Source: Mediterranea massiliensis (GTDB lineage: Bacteria; Bacteroidota; Bacteroidia; Bacteroidales; Bacteroidaceae). Taken from it: 64,000 nucleotides of DNA. The translations under genes and the position numbers were made by a program. The first letter of the stretch is position 1; every line of letters begins with the position of its first letter. The notes under the pieces were generated by a model. It did no database searches and was not told the origin of the DNA. It saw nothing but the letters and a program-made list of their open reading frames with translations. The stretch is from contig SUYA01000008.1 of assembly GCA_015060695.1 (NCBI GenBank), positions 18,742 to 82,741 on the forward strand, written 5' to 3'. Positions 1-10,132 of this stretch are shown here, one piece after another.

Positions 1-1
1 G

Positions 2-790
2 TCAAGCGGTTTCTGTGTAGCCAACCAAGCATGGATGTGGCATCTGACTTACTCAGCCGAAAACATGGGTAACCTCTGTAACTTTACCGGTTGGATGTCA
101 GGCGAAGCCGATTGGGGATATTCTTCATTAACTCGTCCAAGTATCGACCGTGCACTTTACGACAAGATTGCACCGAGCGACTTCCGCAAGTATAGCTTCC
201 TCGACCCCGAAAAACTCAACTACTATCCTTATAAGTCAGTTCGTGGCGACAAGTGGATTGAAGAAGTACCCGCTTACTTGTCATTGAAGTTCCGTTGTGT
301 AGATGGCGATTATGAAACATATAGTATTGGTGGTGCCTGCGATGTGCCTATTATGCGTGTTGAGGAAATGTACCTCATCGAAGCCGAAGCAGTAGGTATG
401 TCACAAGGTGTAGCTGCCGGTGTAGAAAAACTGAATAGCTTCATGCAAACATATCGTGACCCTGAATATATTTGTGCCGCAAAAGACGAACGTTCTTTCC
501 AAATCGAAGTATTGGCACAAATGCGTATCGAATTCTGGGGCGAGGGTAATGCATTCCCGTCAGCTAAACGTATTAAACCGGGTGTTATTCAAAACTACGA
601 AGGAACCAATGCTCCGGCTGATATCTTCAAGATTAACTGCGAAGGAATCAAGCCCAACTGGAACTTGGTAATTCCTTTGACAGAAATGAACTCTAATAAT
701 GCAATTACTGACGATACCAACAACCCCGACCCGACTGGCACTGTTACCGGTCCGTCACCTGTCGGAGAGTATGCGCCAGGCAATTTTTAA
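2..790 (+). CDS. RagB/SusD family outer-membrane nutrient-binding protein, C-terminal part (5' truncated by window edge)
   Basis: Frame is open from position 2. SusD C-terminal motifs IMRVEEMYLIEAEA, RIEFWGEG and IPLTEMNSN are present. Confidence 0.85.
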   Translation, partial: SSGFCVANQAWMWHLTYSAENMGNLCNFTGWMSGEADWGYSSLTRPSIDRALYDKIAPSDFRKYSFLDPEKLNYYPYKSVRGDKWIEEVPAYLSLKFRCVDGDYETYSIGGACDVPIMRVEEMYLIEAEAVGMSQGVAAGVEKLNSFMQTYRDPEYICAAKDERSFQIEVLAQMRIEFWGEGNAFPSAKRIKPGVIQNYEGTNAPADIFKINCEGIKPNWNLVIPLTEMNSNNAITDDTNNPDPTGTVTGPSPVGEYAPGNF

Positions 791-812
791 TCATTAATCA
801 TAAACAGAATAT

Positions 813-2639
813 ATGAAGACAATAAAAAATATATTAGGTATATTGCTGACCGGTGCCATCCTCTTAGGCTTTACCTCTTGTGGTGAAGAAGAAGCAGAAT
901 ACACTCCGGCCGAAGCGCCTACCAATGCGCAAGTATATTTTGCCAGCAACCTTGCAAGCACTGTGAATCTGACTTCATCAGCCACTTCATTTACCGTTGA
1001 CTTGCACCGTCAAATGACCTCTACTGCTGCTACTGTGGCTTTGAGTGTTACCGATGGAACCGGCAAATTAAGTATCCCTTCTTCTGTTGAGTTCGCATCA
1101 GGTGCAGCTACTGCTACATTGACCATCGGTTATAATCCGGCAGACTTCACTTACGATGAATTTAGCGAAGTATCTATTTCTATTGCCGAAACCGATGCAA
1201 CTCCTTATGGTGTTTCTACTTATACATTTAAAGTTGGAATGCCGGCTCCATGGGTTTCACTGGGTATGGCTACTTATAGAGAAGACTTTGTTACTACACT
1301 CTTTGGAGTAGAAAATGTAAGCTATAAAGTAGAAATCCAAGAGAATCAAGAAAAGCCGGGATTGTATCGATTGGTAAATCCTTATGGTGCTGCTTATCCG
1401 TATAACGAACCGGGTGATTTCGATGAATCAAAGAACTACTACATGGAAATCAATGCTCAAGACCCTGATGGCGTTTATATCACTCAAACCGTTACCGGAA
1501 CTGATTGGGGTTATGGCAACATGATTATGTGGAGCATGGCAAACTACTACATGGTAAGACAAGGTGCTACTGTAGAAGACATGAAAGCTGCTGGCTACTG
1601 CGGTACATTGAAAGATGGTGTAATTACATTCCCTAAAGAAAGTTTGTTATTTGGTATGGCAGACTATAATGATGGAGGATTGTATCCTGCTAATGCAAAC
1701 GGTGCATTCATGGTAGCATTCCCCGGTGTTGTAATAGCCGACTATAGTGCAACCATTGAATATGCCGGCCTCTTCACCGATGCAAGTGATGCAAATGCTG
1801 CTGTTGTGAAAGTGACTTTGGGCGAAGATGTTGAATCGGCTAAGGTAGCTATGGCTGCAACAAAGGATGTAGATGCAATTGTAGCTGCTATTTTGGATGG
1901 TTCTCTGGAATCAGTAGAAGTGGTAGATTCAGGTTTTGTAAGCCTACCGGTAGAGGAAGCTGGTAAATATACAGCGGTTGCCATAAGCTATGGAGCAGGC
2001 AAACCTCAAAAAATAGCTTCTACTACATTTGACATCTATTTGGGTGGTTCTCCATTCGACGCTTTGATTGGAGGTACTATCGACGCTTATGAAGGAAGCT
2101 GGGCTGTACCTGTATGGAATTCTTCCGGTAGTGGACATTTATTGGCAACTATGACAAAGGGAGAAGACGCGAATGGTATCTACTTGACTGTTAAGGGGCT
2201 TTCTACTTGGGCTTCTGAGGGATATGATGATACTTTCTACATGGATTACGACCCCGAAACAGGTTGGGTATATCTTTATCCGCAAAATGTAAATACATTC
2301 TCTTATAAGGGTACCGAATATCCAACAATCTTAGCCGGTGCTAATTATGAAGAAGGAAAACTTTATACTTCAGCATATTTAATTGGTGGTCTGACAGAAG
2401 ATGGAACTATCAAGTTCCTTAACGCCTCTGAAAATGAAGTAACACTCGACTCATTCCTATTCTATGCTAATGGCTTGGGTACTATTTCTTACTTTACTGG
2501 ATTAGAATGGATGCCTTATACTTCAACTCGTAACATCTTCGAAGAGGTGAAGCCTAATGGTAATTTCCAAACTTTCCAAGTAATAAATAAAGTGAAACCT
2601 ACAATTAACAATGTAGAAAATGTACCTTTCTTGAAATAA
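813..2639 (+). CDS. Surface lipoprotein of unknown function downstream of susD
   Basis: 608 aa. Signal peptide II ends in FTSC, followed by an acidic export-type stretch (GEEEAEY). The sequence is beta-rich and Ig-like. Confidence 0.75.
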   Translation: MKTIKNILGILLTGAILLGFTSCGEEEAEYTPAEAPTNAQVYFASNLASTVNLTSSATSFTVDLHRQMTSTAATVALSVTDGTGKLSIPSSVEFASGAATATLTIGYNPADFTYDEFSEVSISIAETDATPYGVSTYTFKVGMPAPWVSLGMATYREDFVTTLFGVENVSYKVEIQENQEKPGLYRLVNPYGAAYPYNEPGDFDESKNYYMEINAQDPDGVYITQTVTGTDWGYGNMIMWSMANYYMVRQGATVEDMKAAGYCGTLKDGVITFPKESLLFGMADYNDGGLYPANANGAFMVAFPGVVIADYSATIEYAGLFTDASDANAAVVKVTLGEDVESAKVAMAATKDVDAIVAAILDGSLESVEVVDSGFVSLPVEEAGKYTAVAISYGAGKPQKIASTTFDIYLGGSPFDALIGGTIDAYEGSWAVPVWNSSGSGHLLATMTKGEDANGIYLTVKGLSTWASEGYDDTFYMDYDPETGWVYLYPQNVNTFSYKGTEYPTILAGANYEEGKLYTSAYLIGGLTEDGTIKFLNASENEVTLDSFLFYANGLGTISYFTGLEWMPYTSTRNIFEEVKPNGNFQTFQVINKVKPTINNVENVPFLK

Positions 2640-2656
2640 TAGAAACACATAAATGT

Positions 2657-2690
2657 AAAAAAAAGGATGCCCAGAGGCATCCTTTTTTTT
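2657..2690 (+). terminator. Intrinsic terminator (bidirectional-type)
   Basis: A8-GGATGCC-caga-GGCATCC-T8. Confidence 0.85.
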
Positions 2691-2813
2691 GTAGATAGGC
2701 CATAAAGATATGTTTTGAAAGGTACAATTTGTATATTTCAAATCGTATAATTATTTTTGTCCGAACAAAACAGGATGATTGACCGTATATATAATAAGGT
2801 GTAAAAAGAACGT

Positions 2814-4061
2814 ATGAAAGAATTTGTAATATCGGAGGTGCAAACTGAAACGGCCGTGTTGGTGGGGCTTATTACCAAAATGCAAGATGAGCGCAAGACA
2901 AACGATTACTTGGACGAGTTGGCTTTTTTGGCCGAAACGGCTGGTGCGGTGGTAGTAAAACGGTTTACCCAGAAGATGGATGGCCCCAATTCGGTGACCT
3001 ATGTGGGAAAAGGTAAGTTGGAAGAAATCAGTCAATATATTAAAGATGAAGCCGAGGCTGAGCGAGAAATAGGTATGGTGATTTTCGATGATGAGCTCTC
3101 TGCCAAACAGATACGAAACATTGAAGCAGAACTGAAAGTGAAGATATTGGATCGTACTTCGCTGATTCTAGATATCTTTGCCATGCGTGCCCAAACGGCC
3201 AATGCTAAAACTCAAGTAGAGTTGGCACAATATAAATATATGCTTCCTCGATTGCAAAGATTATGGACTCACTTGGAACGACAGGGTGGTGGCTCTGGTG
3301 CCGGCGGTGGTAAAGGCTCGGTGGGGCTTCGTGGACCGGGTGAAACTCAGTTGGAAATGGACCGTCGTATCATCCTGAATCGTATGTCGTTGTTAAAGGA
3401 ACGTTTGGCTGAAATAGATAAGCAGAAGGCTACACAACGTAAGAATCGTGGCCGGCTGATTCGTGTGGCCCTGGTAGGCTATACCAATGTGGGTAAATCG
3501 ACGTTGATGAACTTGTTAGCCAAGAGCGAAGTGTTTGCTGAAAATAAATTGTTTGCTACGCTTGATACTACGGTACGTAAAGTGATTATCGAAAACCTGC
3601 CTTTCTTGCTAAGTGATACCGTTGGATTTATTCGCAAGCTGCCTACCGATTTGGTGGATTCGTTTAAATCAACGTTGGACGAAGTGCGCGAAGCAGACTT
3701 GTTGTTGCATGTGGTCGATATTTCACATCCCGATTTTGAGGAACAGATTGAAGTGGTAAACAAGACGTTGGCAGACATTGGTGCTGCCGGTAAACCGATG
3801 ATGATTATTTTCAACAAAATTGATGCTTACACTTATGTGGAGAAGGCTGAAGATGACTTGACGCCACGTACCAAAGAGAATTGGACGTTACAGGAATTAA
3901 TGAGTACCTGGATGGCGAAGATGGAAGATAATTGCCTCTTTATTTCGGCTTTGCAGAGAGAGAATATGGAGGTGTTTAAGGAGGTGGTTTACAATAGGAT
4001 TAGAGAACTACATGTACAGAAATATCCTTATAATGACTTCTTGTATCAGACTTATGAATAA
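2814..4061 (+). CDS. hflX: GTPase HflX
   Basis: Motifs GLRGPGETQLE, GYTNVGKS, DTVGFI and NKID. Confidence 0.97.
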   Translation: MKEFVISEVQTETAVLVGLITKMQDERKTNDYLDELAFLAETAGAVVVKRFTQKMDGPNSVTYVGKGKLEEISQYIKDEAEAEREIGMVIFDDELSAKQIRNIEAELKVKILDRTSLILDIFAMRAQTANAKTQVELAQYKYMLPRLQRLWTHLERQGGGSGAGGGKGSVGLRGPGETQLEMDRRIILNRMSLLKERLAEIDKQKATQRKNRGRLIRVALVGYTNVGKSTLMNLLAKSEVFAENKLFATLDTTVRKVIIENLPFLLSDTVGFIRKLPTDLVDSFKSTLDEVREADLLLHVVDISHPDFEEQIEVVNKTLADIGAAGKPMMIIFNKIDAYTYVEKAEDDLTPRTKENWTLQELMSTWMAKMEDNCLFISALQRENMEVFKEVVYNRIRELHVQKYPYNDFLYQTYE

Positions 4062-4084
4062 CAGATAAAGAAACAAATACAGCC

Positions 4085-6079
4085 ATGACTTACAGACAAC
4101 TGACAAAGAAAGAGATTGAACAACTACAAAATCAGGCTTGCTTGGCCGATGATTGGACTTTGGTGCAGGTGGCCGAAGCATTTTCTCCGGAGTATATCAA
4201 CCATACTCGCTTTTCGGGTAGAGTATCTCTCGGAGTGTTTGAAAAAGAATTTATTTTACCGGGTGGTATTAAAAAACATGCTGCTTTGCGACATGTGACG
4301 TTGCATAACGTTACGTTGGGAAACAATTGTTTGATTGAGAATGTGCAGAATTATATTGCCAATTACGAAATAGGTGATGATACATTTATTGAGAACATTG
4401 ATATTATGTTGGTAGATGGTGTTTCTCGTTTTGGCAATGGAGTGGAAGTCTCAGTCTTAAATGAAACTGGTGGACGTGAGGTAGTGATGACCGATAAACT
4501 TTCGGCTCACATGGCCTATATTATGGCTCTATATAGGCATCGCCCAGAACTGATCGAGAAACTTCGTGAAATAGCCGATTACTATGCTAATAAGCATGCT
4601 TCGTCAGTGGGGCTTGTAGGTAATGGAGTGACGATTGTCAATACAGGCTCTATTAAAAATGTTCGTATTGGTGATGCTTGTCATATAGAAGGAACTTGTC
4701 GTTTGAGTAATGGTAGTATAAATAGTAACGTAGAGGCACCAACTCGCATTGGTCATGGAGTAATTTGTGACGATTTCATTGTTTCTACCGGTTCGCATAT
4801 AGACGATGGTGCCATGCTGACCCGTTGTTTTGTAGGACAAGCATGCAAATTGGGGCATAACTATTCGGCCAGTGACTCCCTTTTTTTTAGTAATTGTCAG
4901 GGGGAGAATGGTGAGGCTTGTGCCATATTTGCAGGGCCGTTTACGGTAACTCATCATAAATCGACGCTACTTATTGCCGGTATGTTTTCGTTTATGAATG
5001 CTGGTTCGGGCTCTAATCAAAGTAATCATATGTACAAATTGGGGCCTATTCATCAAGGAACATTGGAACGTGGTGCTAAGACTACTTCCGATTCCTATAT
5101 CTTGTGGCCGGCCAAGGTGGGCGCATTCTCGTTGGTTATGGGGCGACACGTCAACCATTCGGACACCTCGAACCTGCCATTTTCGTATCTGATAGAGCAG
5201 AATAACACCACCTATTTAGTGCCGGGTGTTAACTTGCGTAGCGTGGGAACCATTCGCGATGCGCAGAAGTGGCCCAAACGCGATGCACGTACAGATAGCA
5301 ATAAGTTGGATTTTATCAATTACAATTTGCTTAGTCCTTTTACGGTGCAGAAGATGTTTAAGGGGCGAGAGATACTGAAGGAACTGCGTCGGGCTAGTGG
5401 AGAATTGTCTGACATATATTCTTATCATAGTGCTAAGATACGCAACTCGGCTTTGGTAAAAGGAATTCGTTTTTATGAAACGGCCATTCATAAGTTTTTA
5501 GGCAATTCGGTAATCAAGCGATTGGAGGAGATCCCTTTTCGTAGCAATGAAGAGATACGACAACGCTTGTTACCAGATACACCGACTGGTTCAGGTGAAT
5601 GGGTGGATATATCGGGACTGATTGCACCGAAGAGTGAGATTGATGGCTTGATTGAGGCTGTTGAGCGGGGAGAGATAAATCGTTTGAAGTACATCAATGC
5701 CGAGTTCGAACGGATGCATCGCAATTATTACACTTACGAATGGACTTGGGCTTACGAACGATTGGAAGATTTCTATGGAGTGAAACCCGAAGAGATGACG
5801 GCGGCCGATGTGATTACCATTGTAGATAAGTGGAAAGAGGCCGTAGTGGGGTTGGATAAGATGCTTTATGAAGATGCCAAGAAAGAGTTCTCGTTGGCCT
5901 CGATGACCGGCTTTGGTGCCGATGGCTCTCGGATGGAAAAAGAGCAAGACTTCGAACAAGTGCGTGGCGATTTTGAAAACAATCCTTTTGTGACCGCAGT
6001 GCTTCGTCATATCGAAGTGAAGACAGCCTTGGGCGATGAGTTGATTGCTCGCTTACAACCGTTGTTAGCTACCAATTAG
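4085..6079 (+). CDS. DUF4954 family protein (left-handed beta-helix-like)
   Basis: 664 aa. The FAGPFTVTHHKSTLLIAGMFSFMNAGSGSNQSNH motif is recalled from the Bacteroidetes DUF4954 family, which often lies next to hflX. Confidence 0.8.
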   Translation: MTYRQLTKKEIEQLQNQACLADDWTLVQVAEAFSPEYINHTRFSGRVSLGVFEKEFILPGGIKKHAALRHVTLHNVTLGNNCLIENVQNYIANYEIGDDTFIENIDIMLVDGVSRFGNGVEVSVLNETGGREVVMTDKLSAHMAYIMALYRHRPELIEKLREIADYYANKHASSVGLVGNGVTIVNTGSIKNVRIGDACHIEGTCRLSNGSINSNVEAPTRIGHGVICDDFIVSTGSHIDDGAMLTRCFVGQACKLGHNYSASDSLFFSNCQGENGEACAIFAGPFTVTHHKSTLLIAGMFSFMNAGSGSNQSNHMYKLGPIHQGTLERGAKTTSDSYILWPAKVGAFSLVMGRHVNHSDTSNLPFSYLIEQNNTTYLVPGVNLRSVGTIRDAQKWPKRDARTDSNKLDFINYNLLSPFTVQKMFKGREILKELRRASGELSDIYSYHSAKIRNSALVKGIRFYETAIHKFLGNSVIKRLEEIPFRSNEEIRQRLLPDTPTGSGEWVDISGLIAPKSEIDGLIEAVERGEINRLKYINAEFERMHRNYYTYEWTWAYERLEDFYGVKPEEMTAADVITIVDKWKEAVVGLDKMLYEDAKKEFSLASMTGFGADGSRMEKEQDFEQVRGDFENNPFVTAVLRHIEVKTALGDELIARLQPLLATN

Positions 6080-6096
6080 ATACTATGTTTTGCCAA

Positions 6097-6135
6097 AAAA
6101 GATAGTATCTAATGACGTAAAAGATACTATCTTTT
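6097..6135 (+). terminator. Hairpin/terminator after DUF4954 (an alternative pairing is possible, see findings)
   Basis: AAAAGATAGTATCT ... AGATACTATCTTTT inverted repeat. Confidence 0.65.
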
Positions 6136-6255
6136 CAGACAAAACTCCCTATCTTTTCCAAAACTTGATATTTATTCCTTCGACAGATGTACTATTCTTT
6201 GGTAGCGCATTGATGTTTTTTCTTGTTTTTTACGAACTACTTTCAAGAATCTTTG

Positions 6256-6263
6256 TACCTTTG
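6256..6263 (+). promoter_or_regulatory. Bacteroidetes sigmaA -7 element upstream of fumarase
   Basis: TACCTTTG matches TAnnTTTG, 48 nt before the ATG. Confidence 0.6.
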
Positions 6264-6311
6264 CGAAAATGAACAAAAAACATTAATTCATAAAATAAAA
6301 ATATAAGCATT

Positions 6312-7949
6312 ATGGCAAATCCAGAATTTCATTATCAGCCGATGTTCGATTTGGGTCCAGACAAGACTGAATACTATCTCTTGACCAAGGACTATGTATC
6401 AGTGAGTGAATTTGAAGGAAAACCTATCCTAAAGATTGAAAAGGAAGGTTTGACAGCAATGGCTAATGCAGCCTTCCGCGATGTCTCATTCTTGCTCCGT
6501 CGTGCTCACAACGAGCAGGTGGCCAAGATATTGAGTGACCCCGAAGCAAGCGATAACGACAAATATGTGGCACTGACCTTTTTACGCAATGCCGAAGTTT
6601 CTGCTAAGGGCAAGTTACCTTTGTGCCAAGATACTGGTACTGCCATTATTCATGGTGAGAAGGGACAGCACGTATGGACTGGTTATTGCGATGAAGAGGC
6701 TCTTTCACTTGGCGTATATAAAACTTATACCGAAGAAAACTTGCGCTACTCTCAGAACGCTCCGCTCACCATGTATGACGAAGTGAATACCAAGTGCAAC
6801 CTTCCAGCCCAAATTGACATTGAAGCTACCGAAGGCATGGAATATAAGTTCCTCTGTGTGACCAAAGGTGGTGGCTCGGCCAACAAGACTTATCTATATC
6901 AAGAAACCAAGGCGGTGTTGAATCCGGCAACTTTGGTTCCGTTTATGATTGAAAAGATGAAGTCGCTTGGTACAGCCGCTTGTCCTCCTTATCACATTGC
7001 ATTCGTTATCGGTGGTACTTCGGCCGAAAAGAACTTGTTAACAGTGAAGTTGGCTTCTACTCACTATTACGATGAATTACCGACTACCGGTAATGAATAC
7101 GGCCGTGCCTTCCGTGATGTCGAATTGGAAAAGCAAGTCTTGGAAGAAGCACATAAGATAGGACTCGGTGCCCAATTTGGTGGTAAATACATGGCTCACG
7201 ATGTTCGCATCATCCGATTGCCACGTCATGGTGCTTCTTGTCCGATTGGTCTTGGTGTCTCTTGTTCGGCCGACCGTAACATTAAATGTAAGATTAACAA
7301 GGACGGTATCTGGATTGAAAAGATGGACGACAACCCGGGAGAACTTATTCCCGCTGAACTTCGCGAGGCAGGTGAAGGCGATGCTGTAAAGATAAACCTC
7401 AACCAGCCGATGGCAGACATCTTGAAAGAATTGACTAAATATCCGGTAGCTACCCGTTTGTCTTTAAACGGTACTATCATCGTAGGTCGTGACATTGCCC
7501 ATGCCAAACTGAAAGAACGTATTGACAACGGTGAAGACCTTCCACAATATATCAAAGATCATCCCATCTACTATGCAGGCCCCGCCAAGACACCGGCAGG
7601 CATGGCATGTGGTTCTATGGGCCCGACTACAGCTGGTCGTATGGACTCTTACGTTGATTTGTTCCAAAGTCACGGTGGTAGCATGATTATGTTGGCAAAG
7701 GGTAACCGTAGCCAACAGGTGACCGATGCTTGTCAGAAGCATGGAGGTTTTTATCTTGGTTCTATCGGTGGTCCTGCTGCTATTTTGGCTCAGAATAACA
7801 TTAAGAGTATTGAATGTGTGGAATATCCGGAACTTGGCATGGAAGCCATTTGGAAGATTGAAGTGGAAGACTTCCCGGCATTCATCCTCGTGGACGATAA
7901 GGGTAACGATTTCTTCAAGCAATTGAAGCCTCGTTGTAGTTGCAAATAA
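6312..7949 (+). CDS. fumA: Class I (Fe-S) fumarate hydratase, FumA/FumB type
   Basis: Motifs [22 protein letters not shown] and GPTTAGRMD. Confidence 0.93.
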   Translation: MANPEFHYQPMFDLGPDKTEYYLLTKDYVSVSEFEGKPILKIEKEGLTAMANAAFRDVSFLLRRAHNEQVAKILSDPEASDNDKYVALTFLRNAEVSAKGKLPLCQDTGTAIIHGEKGQHVWTGYCDEEALSLGVYKTYTEENLRYSQNAPLTMYDEVNTKCNLPAQIDIEATEGMEYKFLCVTKGGGSANKTYLYQETKAVLNPATLVPFMIEKMKSLGTAACPPYHIAFVIGGTSAEKNLLTVKLASTHYYDELPTTGNEYGRAFRDVELEKQVLEEAHKIGLGAQFGGKYMAHDVRIIRLPRHGASCPIGLGVSCSADRNIKCKINKDGIWIEKMDDNPGELIPAELREAGEGDAVKINLNQPMADILKELTKYPVATRLSLNGTIIVGRDIAHAKLKERIDNGEDLPQYIKDHPIYYAGPAKTPAGMACGSMGPTTAGRMDSYVDLFQSHGGSMIMLAKGNRSQQVTDACQKHGGFYLGSIGGPAAILAQNNIKSIECVEYPELGMEAIWKIEVEDFPAFILVDDKGNDFFKQLKPRCSCK

Positions 7950-7962
7950 TAACCGATAATAT

Positions 7963-8005
7963 AGCGGAACAGTAGAGGAACTTCTTTCTTTACTGTTCCG
8001 CTTTT
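7963..8005 (+). terminator. Intrinsic terminator after fumarase
   Basis: AGCGGAACAGTA ... TACTGTTCCGCT-TTT. Confidence 0.75.
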
Positions 8006-8032
8006 GTTATACATTAAAACATTTGAAAAGCT

Positions 8033-8794
8033 ATGGGAATGGGTAAGTGGATTGGAGGAATCTTAGGTTGGATGGCCGGGGGACCGTTGGGGGCTCTCTT
8101 GGGGTACGGTTTAGGTTCATTGTTTGAATCAACTACCATTGAAACCGATGCTACCACCGGAAGAAATGTCAATCAAGGCGAACGGAACAGTTTTTTGTTC
8201 AGCTTGATGGCTATGGCATCTTATATCATTACAGCCGATGGAAAGATTATGCATAGTGAAATGGAATTTATGCGCAATTTCTTGCGGGTGAACTTCGGAG
8301 AAAGTGCAGTGGCACAAGGTGAGCAAATTCTGCGTAATCTTTTCGAACAGAAGAAACAAATGGATGCCCGTTCGCCACAGGCTTTTAGAAATACCATCCG
8401 TGAATGTGCAGCACAGATCGCTGCAAATATGCCTTATGAGCAACGCCTTCAGTTACTCAGTTTCTTGGCAGGTATATCGAAGGCCGACGGTAAAGTGACT
8501 GCCGATGAAATACAAGCCCTAAAAGAGGTTGCTGTTTATATGGGGTTGACCGAGAGCGAAGTAAACTCAATGTTGAATTTAGGGGGAAATTCGCTTGAAG
8601 AAGCATATAAAGTTTTAGAAATTGAGTCTACAGCTACCGATGCTGAAGTAAAAAAGGCATACCGCAAGCAAGCATTGAAACATCATCCTGATACTGTGGC
8701 TTCTTTAGGAGCCGATGTACAGAAAGCTGCTGAAGAGAAATTCAAGCAGATAACCGAGGCCTATGAATGCATAAAGAAGGCCAGGGGGTTGTGA
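8033..8794 (+). CDS. DjlA-like co-chaperone (TerB-like domain plus C-terminal J domain)
   Basis: N-terminal Gly-rich TM segment, ADG motifs, and a C-terminal J domain with HPD. Confidence 0.88.
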   Translation: MGMGKWIGGILGWMAGGPLGALLGYGLGSLFESTTIETDATTGRNVNQGERNSFLFSLMAMASYIITADGKIMHSEMEFMRNFLRVNFGESAVAQGEQILRNLFEQKKQMDARSPQAFRNTIRECAAQIAANMPYEQRLQLLSFLAGISKADGKVTADEIQALKEVAVYMGLTESEVNSMLNLGGNSLEEAYKVLEIESTATDAEVKKAYRKQALKHHPDTVASLGADVQKAAEEKFKQITEAYECIKKARGL

Positions 8795-8806
8795 TAAGTG
8801 CTAATT

Positions 8807-10132
8807 TCATTCTAAGTAATTGGTGATCTTTCCACTGATTTGTAGCAATGAGATTTCGCATAATTTGGTGTCGTATTCAGCTGCAAGAATACGTTCTTCG
8901 GCATCCAATAAACTTTTTTGTGCTTCGCGCATCTCTATACCCGACAAGTCACCTAACATATAACGTTCCATAGCTATTTCATGATTATCTTTGGCGGCTA
9001 TTAAATTTTGGCGTTCCAGATGTAGCATTTCCAAGTTGTTTTTGTAGGCTTGCCACAGATTTGTAAGGTCGGCGCGCAGTGCTTGTTCTAATTCATTGCG
9101 TTCTAAGCGTGCATTTTTTACGGCTATTCGTGCATTTTCTCGTTCTTGTTTTCGCTTTCCATCGAAGAGTCTAAAACCGACAGTGACACCAAAATTCAAC
9201 CCCAGATTATTACGCCGACTATTAGCTGCAATTTCATATTTGTTGAGCGTATAGCCATATCCGGCATTCATCTTGAGATAAGGATAATCTCTCGCACAAA
9301 CTTTTTTGTAGTCTAAACGAGCTAAAGTGTTATTTTGTTCTGCTTTCAATAAATTGGCATTTATCTTTAATGTCGCATTCCATAAGTCATCAAAATTCAA
9401 TGTGCTATTCACGTCGATGATAGTATCGAGAACGTGGATAGGCTGATCTACATTTTCATTAGCCATCAATTCGTTCAGTTGGATTCGAGAAGTATGTACC
9501 AACTCTTGTTGTTTCATGTATTGTGCACTATCTGCATTAAAATCGACTTTAGCTTGTTGGTAATCCAATCGGGAAAAATCTCCTATTTGGTAGCGGGCTT
9601 CTACTATGCGGAGGCGTTCTTTGGAAAGCGAAACTGCATAACGGAAATTGTTTAAGCGGATTTTTTGTTGTACGAAGTTGTAGTATTCTGCAGTTATATC
9701 GGCTATCAAATCTTCTATGGCTATGCGAGTATTTGTTTCACCTTGTCTTTCCAACTCTTTTAGTCGTTGATGATTAGCAGTGATATTGAAACCATCAAAG
9801 ATAGTCCAATTCAGATTTAAGCCAGCATTCAATGTCTGATCGAACACACCGTTTGTTTTACTTTTTTCTCCTGTTGAGCGCAATGTAGTTTCTGTATCAT
9901 TTACGTTTCCACTATAACCGGCGCTCAAATCGAGTGTGGGTAAATAACCGGCATTAGCCCAGGTTGCATTATTTTGAGCAATCCTCTCTTCGTTGCGTAC
10001 TATTTGCAGAGAATAGTTGTTTTGAAGTCCTTTTTCTAAGCATGATTGTAGTGTATAGGTGGCAACTTGTTGTGCTCGGAGAGAAGGTAAACAAGCTAAT
10101 AGTATTAATAGATGGCTTAAGATTCGTTTCAT
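8807..10132 (-). CDS. TolC family outer-membrane efflux protein
   Basis: Signal peptide and OEP-type repeats. Overlaps the RND gene stop by 4 nt. Confidence 0.92.
   Translation of the reverse strand: MKRILSHLLILLACLPSLRAQQVATYTLQSCLEKGLQNNYSLQIVRNEERIAQNNATWANAGYLPTLDLSAGYSGNVNDTETTLRSTGEKSKTNGVFDQTLNAGLNLNWTIFDGFNITANHQRLKELERQGETNTRIAIEDLIADITAEYYNFVQQKIRLNNFRYAVSLSKERLRIVEARYQIGDFSRLDYQQAKVDFNADSAQYMKQQELVHTSRIQLNELMANENVDQPIHVLDTIIDVNSTLNFDDLWNATLKINANLLKAEQNNTLARLDYKKVCARDYPYLKMNAGYGYTLNKYEIAANSRRNNLGLNFGVTVGFRLFDGKRKQERENARIAVKNARLERNELEQALRADLTNLWQAYKNNLEMLHLERQNLIAAKDNHEIAMERYMLGDLSGIEMREAQKSLLDAEERILAAEYDTKLCEISLLQISGKITNYLE

Noticed and set aside
6090-6272. 60-aa ORF before fumarase as a leader peptide
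   Set aside because: It has a TTG start inside the hairpin region, overlaps the fumarase promoter, and has no informative composition.
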